Source: Candidatus Wildermuthbacteria bacterium RIFCSPHIGHO2_01_FULL_48_27b (lineage in GTDB: Bacteria; Patescibacteriota; Minisyncoccia; Minisyncoccales; UBA10102). From it: a stretch of DNA of 38,245 nucleotides. Shown piece after piece: positions 17,951-26,047 of the stretch. The stretch's first letter is position 1; every line of letters begins with the position of its first letter. The notes under the pieces are model-generated. The model made no database searches and was not told the origin of the DNA. It was given only the letters and a program-made list of their open reading frames with translations. The DNA is taken from positions 1-38,245 of the forward strand of contig MHTS01000009.1 of assembly GCA_001824915.1 (NCBI GenBank). Direction: 5' to 3'. The position numbers were made by a program, and so were the translations under genes.

Positions 17951-20026
17951 TTATCTTCGCTTACCCTCAATAACTTCCTGCGTAATATTCGCAGGCACTT
18001 CCTCATATCGCTCAAACTCCATAGTAAAGGTTCCCCGGCCTTCCGTCAAGGAACGAAGATTGGTTGCGTATCCAAACATTTCTCTCAAAGGGACTTTCGC
18101 CTTAATGACTTTTAGATCAATTCGGTCTTCTGTTTCCTCGATGCGCCCGCGTCTTGAAGAAAGGTCGCCGATAACGTCTCCGAGGAAATCAGCGGGGCAA
18201 GTCACTTCCAAATGCATCACGGGTTCTAGCAGCACCAGACTCGCCTTTTTTGCAGCGTCCTGAAAGGCCATGGAGGCAGCAATCTTAAAAGCAAATTCAG
18301 AAGAGTCCACCTCATGGTACGAACCGTCGTATAGCGTAGCTTTGACATCAATCACGGGATAGCCGGCCAAAACACCTTTATCCATTGCCTCCTGAACACC
18401 TTTCTGCACAGCCGGAATATATTCCCTGGGAATCGCGGCCCCCTTGATCGCGTCAACGAATTCAAAACCCTCTCCTTCTGCTTTGGGTTCCACGCGCAAA
18501 AGCACATGCCCGTATTGGCCGCGCCCGCCCGATTGGCGCACATATTTGGTTTCGGCCTCCGCCTTGGCTCTAATTGTTTCCTTATACGCCACTTGCGGAC
18601 GCCCCACGGCAGCTCCCACCCCAAACTCTCGTTTCATACGGTCAACAATAATTTCCAAATGCAATTCTCCCATGCCCGAGATTATAGTCTCTCCCGTTTC
18701 CAAATCCGAGTTCACGCGGAACGTAGGATCTTCTTCTGACAATCGGTGCAAAGCAAAACCCATTTTCTCCTGATCGGCCTTGGTTTTGGGCTCGATGCGA
18801 ATCGAAATCACGGGTTCCGGGAATGAAATTTTCTCCAACACAATGGGCGTAGATTCCGCGCTTAAAGTATGCCCCGTACTCGTGTTCTTCAAACCTACCG
18901 TAGCCGCGATATCTCCGGCATATAGCTCATCCACCTCTTCGCGCTCGGCCGCGTGCATGCGCAAAATACGGCTGATGCGCTCTTTCTCTCCGGTCGTAGT
19001 ATTAAGCAGATACGAACCTTTCTTCAAAGTGCCCGAATACACGCGAAAATACGTTAATGTCCCCACATATGGATCGGACGCCACCTTAAACGCAAGCGCA
19101 GAAAATAGTTCTGAATCCAAAGGTTTCCTAGAAATCTTCTCTCCGGTCTTTGGATCTATGCCTTCAATAGCCGGAACGTCAGCCGGACTTGGCAAATAAT
19201 CAACTACGCCGTCGAGAACGGGCTGGACTCCCATATTCTTTAAGGCAGAACCCGTGAATACCGGCACCAGTTTATTGGCGAGAGTCGCTTTACGAAGAAC
19301 TTTTTTCAAATCTTCCACCACAAGCTCTTCCCCGCCGACATACTTTTCCATTAAAGCCTCATCTTCCGCGGCGATTTTTTCCAGCGCCTTGTCGCGCCAC
19401 TCTTTCGCGCGCGCTTGGAGTTCTGCGGGAATTTCTTCTTTTCGGACAATCTGGCCGAAGTCACCATCAAAATACACGGCTTTCATTTCCAGCAGATCGA
19501 TAACCCCTTTAAGTTCACCTTCCTCGCCAATGGGAATTTGAAGCGCAACCGCATCCTTCGTAAGTTTTTTCCAAATAGAACCTAGACTTTTTTCAAACGA
19601 CGCGCCCATGCGATCAATCTTGTTGATAAAACAAATGCGCGGCACGAGAAATTTGTCTGCTTGGCGCCATACGGTTTCAGATTGGGGCTCTACGCCGGCT
19701 ACGCCGTCAAAGATCACGACCGCGCCGTCGAGTACTCGCAAAGAACGCTGCACCTCTGCCGTAAAGTCAATATGCCCGGGCGTGTCGATAATGTTAATCC
19801 GGTGATCCGCCCAAAAACACGTGATGGCGGCAGAAGTAATAGTAATGCCCCGTTCTCTCTCTTGGACCATCCAGTCCATAACGGTAGTCCCCTCATGCAC
19901 CTCGCCTATTTTATGGGAAATTCCTGTATAAAACAAAACGCGCTCGGTACTCGTAGTTTTTCCGGCATCAATATGCGCGATAATGCCAATATTCCGGTAC
20001 TTCTCTATTGGATACTGCCGGGGCAT
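17951..20026 (-). CDS. fusA: Elongation factor G
   Basis: [20 protein letters not shown] and GMGELHL motifs. Confidence 0.99.
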   Translation of the reverse strand: MPRQYPIEKYRNIGIIAHIDAGKTTSTERVLFYTGISHKIGEVHEGTTVMDWMVQERERGITITSAAITCFWADHRINIIDTPGHIDFTAEVQRSLRVLDGAVVIFDGVAGVEPQSETVWRQADKFLVPRICFINKIDRMGASFEKSLGSIWKKLTKDAVALQIPIGEEGELKGVIDLLEMKAVYFDGDFGQIVRKEEIPAELQARAKEWRDKALEKIAAEDEALMEKYVGGEELVVEDLKKVLRKATLANKLVPVFTGSALKNMGVQPVLDGVVDYLPSPADVPAIEGIDPKTGEKISRKPLDSELFSALAFKVASDPYVGTLTYFRVYSGTLKKGSYLLNTTTGEKERISRILRMHAAEREEVDELYAGDIAATVGLKNTSTGHTLSAESTPIVLEKISFPEPVISIRIEPKTKADQEKMGFALHRLSEEDPTFRVNSDLETGETIISGMGELHLEIIVDRMKREFGVGAAVGRPQVAYKETIRAKAEAETKYVRQSGGRGQYGHVLLRVEPKAEGEGFEFVDAIKGAAIPREYIPAVQKGVQEAMDKGVLAGYPVIDVKATLYDGSYHEVDSSEFAFKIAASMAFQDAAKKASLVLLEPVMHLEVTCPADFLGDVIGDLSSRRGRIEETEDRIDLKVIKAKVPLREMFGYATNLRSLTEGRGTFTMEFERYEEVPANITQEVIEGKRR

Positions 20027-20028
20027 AG

Positions 20029-20448
20029 TTAGTGCGCGAAATGAGCAAAGGCCCTGTTGGCTTCAGCCATACGGTGCATGTCTTCTTTCTTTTTTACCGC
20101 GGACCCTTCGTTTTTGGAAGCCGCGAGCAATTCGTCCGCAAGCTTCACTTTCATCGGCTTTCCCTTCTTTGATTTTGCGGCGGCCAAAATCCACTTCATC
20201 GCCAAACTCACCTGTTTCTCGGGCTTTACCTCCATAGGCACCTGATAGGTAGCTCCCCCTACTCTTCTCGAACGCACCTGCACCAAAGGCGAGCTGTTCC
20301 CGATTGCTTTTTGGAATATTTCCAGAGGATCTTTTTTCGCTTGTGTTTTTATCAAGTCAAAAGCGCCGTACACGATTTTCCGCGCTATGGTTTTCTTTCC
20401 GCGCCTCATCACTTGGTTGATAAACTTTTCCACTATCACGTCTTCCAT
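20029..20448 (-). CDS. rpsG: 30S ribosomal protein uS7, N-terminally truncated (139 aa)
   Basis: [19 protein letters not shown] and [13 protein letters not shown] motifs. Confidence 0.96.
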   Translation of the reverse strand: MEDVIVEKFINQVMRRGKKTIARKIVYGAFDLIKTQAKKDPLEIFQKAIGNSSPLVQVRSRRVGGATYQVPMEVKPEKQVSLAMKWILAAAKSKKGKPMKVKLADELLAASKNEGSAVKKKEDMHRMAEANRAFAHFAH

Positions 20449-20457
20449 AAAATTACG

Positions 20458-20874
20458 TTAGCCCTTTTTCTCGCGCTTTGCCCCGTACTTTGATCGCTCC
20501 TGTTTTCTCTTTTCGACTCCTCCCGCGTCCAGTACCCCTCGAACAATGTGATATCGAACTCCAGGCAAGTCCTTTACGCGTCCGCCCCGAATAAGGACAA
20601 TTGAGTGCTCTTGCAGCTTATGTCCTATCCCCGGGATATACGCGGTCACTTCCATACCATTGGACAAACGTACCCGCGCCACCTTTCGGAGCGCAGAGTT
20701 AGGCTTTTTGGGAGTTACGGTGAATACGCGCAAACATACTCCTCGTTTGAATGGAGAGGGGTAGTACACCGCGCGGTTTCTTTGGGGGCGAAAACCAAAA
20801 GTCAAAGCAGGCGTCTTGTCTTTTTTTACTGCTTTCTTCCTCGGGTTTTTTATTAGCTGCCGAATTGTTGGCAT
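20458..20874 (-). CDS. rpsL: 30S ribosomal protein uS12
   Basis: [17 protein letters not shown] and [12 protein letters not shown] motifs. Confidence 0.99.
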   Translation of the reverse strand: MPTIRQLIKNPRKKAVKKDKTPALTFGFRPQRNRAVYYPSPFKRGVCLRVFTVTPKKPNSALRKVARVRLSNGMEVTAYIPGIGHKLQEHSIVLIRGGRVKDLPGVRYHIVRGVLDAGGVEKRKQERSKYGAKREKKG

Positions 20875-20883
20875 ATCGCGATT

Positions 20884-20912
20884 AATGTATCAATTTATAG
20901 AGTCTGTGTCAA
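20884..20912 (-). promoter_or_regulatory. Promoter of the str/S10 cluster
   Basis: TTGACA-17-TACATT with TG extension, 9 nt before the rpsL ATG. Confidence 0.7.
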
Positions 20913-20917
20913 TAAAG

Positions 20918-21538
20918 TTAGAAACCCACAATGAGGCGGAAGAACCATTCAATGGGAATAGTAAGAAATCGAAACAGGAAAAATATGAAAAAAAGGAGGA
21001 TAAAGAGGCCGTATTGGAGAAGGAATTGCCGCACGACATCCAGAGAGCGCGGCAGAAAATCAAATAAAACGTGGGAACCATCGAGTGGCGGAATTGGCAG
21101 CAGGTTAAAGATGGCGAGAACCAAATTCAGCAGCACAATTTGCCCGAAAAGCTCAATAAGCGCCGGAGAAATTTCGGCAAGCGGCGCCCCAAAAAAACGC
21201 AGCAAAAGCCCGAAGAAGATGGCTATGGCGAGATTCGCGCCGGGCCCGGCAAAACTTACTTTGGCAGAACCATATTTCTTGTCGCGAAAGTTATACGGAT
21301 TCACCGGTACGGGCTTTGCCCAACCGAACAAGAATGGGCTTGAAAAAAGAACTAAAAGAAGAGGTACGGCCACGGATCCGATGGGATCAATATGAGGAAT
21401 GGGATTGATAGTAAGCCGGCCCGCCTGTTTTGCCGTGGAATCTCCCAAAGACAAAGCCGTATACCCGTGCGCTACTTCGTGAAGGATCACGGACATTAAA
21501 AGGATCACGAGGTAAAACAAAACCGAAACAGGATCCAT
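20918..21538 (-). CDS. Site-2 protease (M50) family
   Basis: HEVAH, GRLT.NP..H.DP, AGP..N and NLLPIPPLDG; start MDPVSV preceded by TGCTATGCT (21546-21554). Confidence 0.93.
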   Translation of the reverse strand: MDPVSVLFYLVILLMSVILHEVAHGYTALSLGDSTAKQAGRLTINPIPHIDPIGSVAVPLLLVLFSSPFLFGWAKPVPVNPYNFRDKKYGSAKVSFAGPGANLAIAIFFGLLLRFFGAPLAEISPALIELFGQIVLLNLVLAIFNLLPIPPLDGSHVLFDFLPRSLDVVRQFLLQYGLFILLFFIFFLFRFLTIPIEWFFRLIVGF

Positions 21539-21577
21539 AAATTTAAGCATAGCACGCTTTGTTTTTTGTATCCAGTG

Positions 21578-21605
21578 TTTCGAGTTTCGTATTTCGAATT
21601 TTCGC
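21578..21605. repeat. Degenerate heptamer tandem repeat (TTTCGnn) x4
   Basis: TTTCGAG TTTCGTA TTTCGAA TTTTCGC between divergent promoters. Confidence 0.6.
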
Positions 21606-21607
21606 AC

Positions 21608-21636
21608 TTGCAGAAAGCATTGCTTTCTGCTACAGT
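21608..21636 (+). promoter_or_regulatory. Promoter of rpmB-tRNA-Pro-corA
   Basis: TTGCAG-17-TACAGT with TG extension, 8 nt before the ATG. Confidence 0.6.
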
Positions 21637-21644
21637 GCGGTTAT

Positions 21645-21833
21645 ATGGCACAAGCATGCGCGATTTGCGGAAAAACAAAAAATATGGCCTGGCGCCTTGT
21701 AAAACTCCGAGGAAAATACAATCCTACTGTTAAACACGCGCAGAAACCAAACCTGCAATGGATGGCTCTGCCCGGCGGCGGGCGCATTAAAGCCTGCACC
21801 AAATGCATGAAGGCTGCCGCAAAAGCAGGATAG
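21645..21833 (+). CDS. rpmB: 50S ribosomal protein bL28 (zinc-binding type)
   Basis: MA..CAICGK, QKPNLQ and RIKACTKC motifs. Confidence 0.9.
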   Translation: MAQACAICGKTKNMAWRLVKLRGKYNPTVKHAQKPNLQWMALPGGGRIKACTKCMKAAAKAG

Positions 21834-21852
21834 GTTTTGCGTAATCCAAACC

Positions 21853-21926
21853 CGGAGTGTAGTATAGCGGCAGTATACACCCTTGGGGTGGGTGCGACCC
21901 GGGTTCGACTCCCGGCACTCCGACCA
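21853..21926 (+). tRNA. tRNA-Pro(GGG)
   Basis: Acceptor CGGAGTG/CACTCCG, anticodon arm CACCC-TT GGG GT-GGGTG, T-loop GTTCGAC, encoded ACCA. Confidence 0.96.
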
Positions 21927-21941
21927 ATTCAGACATTCTCC

Positions 21942-22862
21942 ATGACAAAAATCTACTACAAGGCAGTACGAGAACATCGCCTCGTCGAGCTTGCCGATTT
22001 TAAAGTCGGCTCGTGGATTTATGCCGAGAACCCTACCCAAGACGAGTTGGATTCTTTGGCGCGCAACTTATCTTTGAATCGAGATCTGCTGGGAGACTCC
22101 ATAGACCCCTATGAAGTTCCCCGCGTAGAACGTGACAACGCGATAACATACGTTTTCACCCGAGTCCCTCATGCGGAAGCCTTGCAAACAACCACCACTC
22201 CTTTGTTGATTGCCATAGGGGCAGATTTTGTTTTAACCGTTTCCCGATCTCCCTTGCCATTTCTTACCAAATTTCAGGAAGAGAAAATAGAATTCTACAC
22301 TACGCAAAAAACCAAATTCTTCCTGCAGCTGTTTTCTGAAATAAACAATATTTACGCTTTCTTCGTCAACGACATTGCCAGAAAAGTCCGCAGCATCACG
22401 GTACGCTTGGAAAGCATCGGCAACAAAGAGGTAAAACAATTTGTCGTGTTTGAAAGCTCTCTGAACGACTTTCTTGCCGCTTTAATTCCTATGAACACCT
22501 CTTTGAGCAATCTTTTGTCGGGAAAATTTCTCCAGCTTTATGAACAAGATCATGAACTGGTGCAAGATCTTGTGCTTTCCAACCATCAGCTGGTGGAACT
22601 TTGCCAATCCAATATGAAAAGCATTGGGAACATACGGGAGGGGTACTCGGCCATTTTAACCAACGAGCTAAGCAGAGTTATTAAATTTCTCACTTCTCTG
22701 ACCGTTATCTTAACCATTCCCATTACCATCACCGCTTTCTACAGCATGAATGTGCGCCTTCCGTTTGGCGAGTCACCCGTCGCGTTCTATACAATTGTAT
22801 CTGCGGTGTTGCTCATTGCCCTCACGCTGTTGGTAGTATTTTTCAAGAAACGCTGGCTGTAA
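21942..22862 (+). CDS. corA: CorA family divalent cation transporter (SMN in place of GMN)
   Basis: D..E.PRVE, TPL.I, two C-terminal TM helices, FYSMNV.LP and terminal KKRWL; start ATG 21942 downstream of the tRNA. Confidence 0.88.
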   Translation: MTKIYYKAVREHRLVELADFKVGSWIYAENPTQDELDSLARNLSLNRDLLGDSIDPYEVPRVERDNAITYVFTRVPHAEALQTTTTPLLIAIGADFVLTVSRSPLPFLTKFQEEKIEFYTTQKTKFFLQLFSEINNIYAFFVNDIARKVRSITVRLESIGNKEVKQFVVFESSLNDFLAALIPMNTSLSNLLSGKFLQLYEQDHELVQDLVLSNHQLVELCQSNMKSIGNIREGYSAILTNELSRVIKFLTSLTVILTIPITITAFYSMNVRLPFGESPVAFYTIVSAVLLIALTLLVVFFKKRWL

Positions 22863-22896
22863 AACAAAATCCCCGCTCACGCGGGGATTTTGTTTT
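22861..22896. terminator. Bidirectional intrinsic terminator between corA and hup
   Basis: 16-bp perfect inverted repeat AAAACAAAATCCCCGC-TCAC-GCGGGGATTTTGTTTT. Confidence 0.9.
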
Positions 22897-22903
22897 TGCC
22901 GTT

Positions 22904-23176
22904 TTACTTTACCGCATCCTTTAACCCTTTCCCTGCCCTGAACTTGGGCACGGTCGTCGCGGGAATGTTGATTTTTTCTCCGGTCGCCGGATTTCTTCCT
23001 TCGCGCGCGGCGCGGCGCGAAGTCTGAAACGTACCAAATCCGGTAAGCGCAACTGCTTTCCCTTTTCGAAGAGTATCGGTAATGCTACCTAAAAACGCGT
23101 CGAGCGCCTCGCCCGCCTGCTTCTTGGTAATGCTGGCTTTCTGAGCCATGGCTTCGAGAAGCTGTTCTTTGTTCAT
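22904..23176 (-). CDS. hup: DNA-binding protein HU
   Basis: MNK..L, GFGTF, R.GRNP.TG and PKF..GK.LKDAV motifs. Confidence 0.97.
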   Translation of the reverse strand: MNKEQLLEAMAQKASITKKQAGEALDAFLGSITDTLRKGKAVALTGFGTFQTSRRAAREGRNPATGEKINIPATTVPKFRAGKGLKDAVK

Positions 23177-23233
23177 CCTTACTATGAGCTATGTTTATAA
23201 ACGCAAACTAAAATCGACTTTATACCAATCATT

Positions 23234-23262
23234 AGTATACCAGCCAATTTATTCCCAAGCAA
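23234..23262 (-). promoter_or_regulatory. Promoter of hup
   Basis: TTGCTT-17-TATACT with TG extension. Confidence 0.65.
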
Positions 23263-24046
23263 TCTTTTCTTTCAGATCTTCCCGACCCTCCTGCAAAATA
23301 CCCTGCGGAGATTGAGCTAATGGTTGTTGCGCAGATGGTAAAACACTCTGCATGGAGCTGGGACGCACCTTGCGGCCGCGCCGCAAGCGCCGCAACAAAG
23401 TGAATGCAACCAGAAAAACAAGGATCGCGAGAGCCGCGAGTTCCGGCGCTCCCAAATTCGAGAGCGGTCCGAACCCGGCAAGAAAACCTTTCCCCTCCTC
23501 TTCTTCACCCTGCACTTCTTCTTCAGACGCAAATGCGTTCACACTCTCCTCTACGCCCAAATCAGCCTGCTCGGCCGGGGCTTCACCGAACTGCGACAAA
23601 CCTGCCTCTTCCGCGACCGCCGTTTCCTCGACAACCATTTCTGGCACATTGGAACCCGGCACTGGCATAGCTGTCGCAACGCCGGCTCCTCCCTGTGCTA
23701 ATGCCTGCTGCAACTGCTGTTCCAATGCTAGTGCCTGCTCTTCAAGCTCTAACCTCATTACCAATAAAGATAAGCGCAGCGCCTCGCGTTCAACTTCCGC
23801 AAGCTGCGTGGCAATTCCTGCAAGCATCGCCTGCCTCGCCTCCGAGTCAAGGCGGACCTGCCTCTCTTCCGCGGTTAATTCATCTTCTCCGCCTGCCGGT
23901 TCCACAACAGTTTCTTCACCCTGAACGACCTCGGCGGATTCTTGCGCGTTTGCGAACGCCGGAACATTCACGGTCCCGACGACAAACCCAACTACCAAAA
24001 AGGTAGGTACGATAAGTAAAAGGTTTTTCATAGTGTTCATTTTCAT
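23249..24046 (-). CDS. Hypothetical exported acidic protein with a coiled coil and a C-terminal TM anchor
   Basis: Signal peptide ending AFANA, Glu/Ala-rich body, hydrophobic helix followed by RRLRRGRK; start may be a downstream ATG. Confidence 0.75.
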   Translation of the reverse strand: MKMNTMKNLLLIVPTFLVVGFVVGTVNVPAFANAQESAEVVQGEETVVEPAGGEDELTAEERQVRLDSEARQAMLAGIATQLAEVEREALRLSLLVMRLELEEQALALEQQLQQALAQGGAGVATAMPVPGSNVPEMVVEETAVAEEAGLSQFGEAPAEQADLGVEESVNAFASEEEVQGEEEEGKGFLAGFGPLSNLGAPELAALAILVFLVAFTLLRRLRRGRKVRPSSMQSVLPSAQQPLAQSPQGILQEGREDLKEKIAWE

Positions 24047-24148
24047 ATCATTTAGCTTCGACTTTTATTACATTCCGAACGATTGACTGTAAAATGTAAA
24101 GTTCAGAATCCGCCTTTTCTCCGATTGCCAAAACCAATGCCAGCAAGC

Positions 24149-24187
24149 AAAAGAAAAAGCGGACTCCAGACTCTACTGGAAATCCGC
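24149..24187 (-). terminator. Intrinsic terminator
   Basis: GCGGAUUUCCAG/CUGGAGUCCGC stem followed by UUUUUCUUUU. Confidence 0.75.
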
Positions 24188-24270
24188 GTAGGTACAACTG
24201 AAAACTTCTCTCCAAGCCCCCAAAGTAAGTTGTCCACGCGCGAGAGGAGTCATAGAATCCTATATCTGTC

Positions 24271-24298
24271 AGAATAGCTAACCTGACGGTAGTGTCAA
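24271..24298 (-). promoter_or_regulatory. Sigma70 promoter P2
   Basis: TTGACA-16-TATTCT. Confidence 0.5.
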
Positions 24299-24314
24299 TA
24301 GTTATTAGAACGAC

Positions 24315-24349
24315 TTTTCCACACCACTTTTCCACAGTTCTGTGGAAGA
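24315..24349. promoter_or_regulatory. DnaA-box-like cluster
   Basis: TTTTCCACA at 24315 and 24328; inverted TGTGGAAGA at 24341. Confidence 0.55.
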
Positions 24350-24381
24350 CTTTTTAAGAGTGTCCCATGACAAAGTACTGT

Positions 24382-24410
24382 CATTCTAGCAACCCGAAAC
24401 AGCCTGTCAA
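24382..24410 (-). promoter_or_regulatory. Sigma70 promoter P1 with overlapping palindrome ATGACA-N6-TGTCAT (24367-24384)
   Basis: TTGACA-17-TAGAAT with TG extension. Confidence 0.7.
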
Positions 24411-24458
24411 TAGGGACATTTTTCATGGAGATAGGACATTAAGCTCAAAAGGGGTTTT

Positions 24459-24884
24459 CTATTCACCGCCCATCAGATCGCTGCTTCGATCCACCACTTC
24501 CACATACTGGCCGGAAACCCACGCGTTTGGAAAATCAGGGTGCACAATTTTATACCAGTTGTTCTGCAATTGGGTATATTCATAAACCTCTCCGGGCAGA
24601 ACACGGCCTACCTGCCTAGCCTGCGTAGAGCCGCTCTCGCGCACATTCAGGAATCCCACGCCGGTTTCCAAAATGCGAATCCGCGGATTTTGCGCGGGCT
24701 GTTCTACTTCTGGCTTGATCTGTTCGCTTCCTGTCACAACCACTTCTTTGGGCTCGGACACGGCTTCATTTACTACAATAACCGTATTCTCGGTTGTCAG
24801 AAATACATACAAACTAAAAGCAAAAACCGCAACCACCATAGCGATCAATAGCATTGGCATAACTTTGCTATTTTGAGGTATCAT
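24459..24884 (-). CDS. Membrane-anchored bacterial SH3 domain protein
   Basis: N-terminal TM; LNVR..GS......G....G..Y.......WYKI......WVS..YV. Confidence 0.85.
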   Translation of the reverse strand: MIPQNSKVMPMLLIAMVVAVFAFSLYVFLTTENTVIVVNEAVSEPKEVVVTGSEQIKPEVEQPAQNPRIRILETGVGFLNVRESGSTQARQVGRVLPGEVYEYTQLQNNWYKIVHPDFPNAWVSGQYVEVVDRSSDLMGGE

Positions 24885-24906
24885 AATATATATAGTATAT
24901 CACACA

Positions 24907-25230
24907 ATGAAATTCTCAATCAACCTTTCCGGCAAAACTCTTTATACATTTATGCGCGAATGCGGTTACGCCCCCGCCTTCGCCCCGAGGAAGCCCGCCG
25001 CAGCGGGCGGAGGCGGACAGGAGTCGGCGTTTCACCGATTCTTAGCGGGGCGTTCTTACCCAAAGTTTCACGCGTATTGCGCGCCTGCCCAAGACGCAAA
25101 AACCGCCATCATCAACCTCCACTTGGATCAAAAACAAGCAAGCTACAAAGGCTCGCACGCCCACAGCGCGGAACACGAAGGTCCGCTCCTGGACGAGGAA
25201 GCCGCCCGCATCAAAGCGCTAAGCAGATAA
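24907..25230 (+). CDS. Hypothetical protein
   Basis: Clean divergent ORF with YPKFH and LHLDQK..SY.G.HAH..E motifs. Confidence 0.7.
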   Translation: MKFSINLSGKTLYTFMRECGYAPAFAPRKPAAAGGGGQESAFHRFLAGRSYPKFHAYCAPAQDAKTAIINLHLDQKQASYKGSHAHSAEHEGPLLDEEAARIKALSR

Positions 25231-25254
25231 AACGCAGGGGAAGAGATGCGAGCG

Positions 25255-25812
25255 TTAGGGGAGAATTTGCGCCTTAATTTTCTGCCACCACGGCTTATCG
25301 TACTGCTCCAAAAACTTAATACCCTGCTCGTAAATCTCCTGGAAAAATTCATTGCCCACCCGCACTTCTTCTGCGCACTTTGCGATAAGAGAAAGTTTGT
25401 CTGCCACTTTCACCATTTGCGCCTCAATAGTTTCACCCGCTCCTTCTTCATTCCACAATGCAACATAGTGGGCGGCAAGCTCTTTGGGAAGATCTGCGAA
25501 CACCTCGCCAATCATCTCTTTATTTACTTTGGCAATCGCCTTTTCCATCTCAGTGGAATAATGCTTAAACGGCGTAACGATATCGCCCGAAAACATCTCC
25601 TCCATATCGTGCACCAGCGCCATTTCAAGAGCCTTCTGTTTATCCACCGTATGCCCACTTTGCTTTCCCAGCAAATGGCAAAGAATACTCACGATATAGG
25701 CAACAAAATATGAGTGATCGGACACACTCTCGGGAAAATGCTGGGGCTTTAAGTTAAACCGCATCACATGCGCCAACGATCTATTCTGTAAATGTTTAAA
25801 CACCGAACTCAT
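25255..25812 (-). CDS. HD-domain phosphohydrolase, YfbR/5'-deoxynucleotidase-like
   Basis: ESVSDHS, ALVHD..E..SGDI.TP.K and VK.ADK motifs; start MSSVFK 6 nt after TGTTATAAT. Confidence 0.88.
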   Translation of the reverse strand: MSSVFKHLQNRSLAHVMRFNLKPQHFPESVSDHSYFVAYIVSILCHLLGKQSGHTVDKQKALEMALVHDMEEMFSGDIVTPFKHYSTEMEKAIAKVNKEMIGEVFADLPKELAAHYVALWNEEGAGETIEAQMVKVADKLSLIAKCAEEVRVGNEFFQEIYEQGIKFLEQYDKPWWQKIKAQILP

Positions 25813-25826
25813 GGTTGTATTATAAC

Positions 25827-25853
25827 AAAAAACGCCATCTTCGAAATGACGTT
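25827..25853 (-). terminator. Intrinsic terminator of 6S RNA
   Basis: AACGUCAU/AUGGCGUU stem followed by UUUU. Confidence 0.75.
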
Positions 25854-25859
25854 CTTTGG

Positions 25860-25997
25860 ATGCCCATAGCCCCTCCAAATAAGACTCCCGGAATAATCCA
25901 GGTGGGTGCCGCAGTCCGCCGCCAAGGCGACAGAATCATTATCCGGCTCCCTTGAAACGCTTTAATGCGGATCTTATATGAAGGGATACCTGGGCAC
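25860..25997 (-). ncRNA. ssrS: 6S RNA (compact, ~138 nt)
   Basis: Long closing rod (GUGCCCA/UGGGCAU, UCCCUUCA/UGGAGGGG, AUAAGA/UCUUAU), central bubble, 6S-type GGGAGCCG/CGGCACCCACCUG helix, apical CUUG hairpin; own promoter and terminator. Confidence 0.8.
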
Positions 25998-26001
25998 TTT
26001 T

Positions 26002-26010
26002 ATTATACCA
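26002..26010 (-). promoter_or_regulatory. Extended -10 promoter of 6S RNA
   Basis: TGGTATAAT; TTGACA at 26027-26032 with a 19-nt spacer. Confidence 0.7.
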
Positions 26011-26047
26011 TATTCCCTTGACTGCCTGTCAATATGGACAAGCCTCC

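Noticed and set aside
4839-20874. Numerous long + strand ORFs
   Set aside because: Antisense shadows of conserved ribosomal and translation genes
21837-21941. N-terminal extension of the corA ORF
   Set aside because: It runs through tRNA-Pro; the real start is ATG 21942
21853-22896. Genomic island integrated at tRNA-Pro
   Set aside because: No duplicated tRNA 3' end and no integrase seen
24048-24335. 95-aa minus-strand ORF
   Set aside because: It crosses a promoter, DnaA boxes and a strong terminator, with no protein-like motifs
25813-25878. N-terminal extension of the HD-domain ORF
   Set aside because: It overlaps the 6S RNA 3' end, its terminator and the TGTTATAAT promoter
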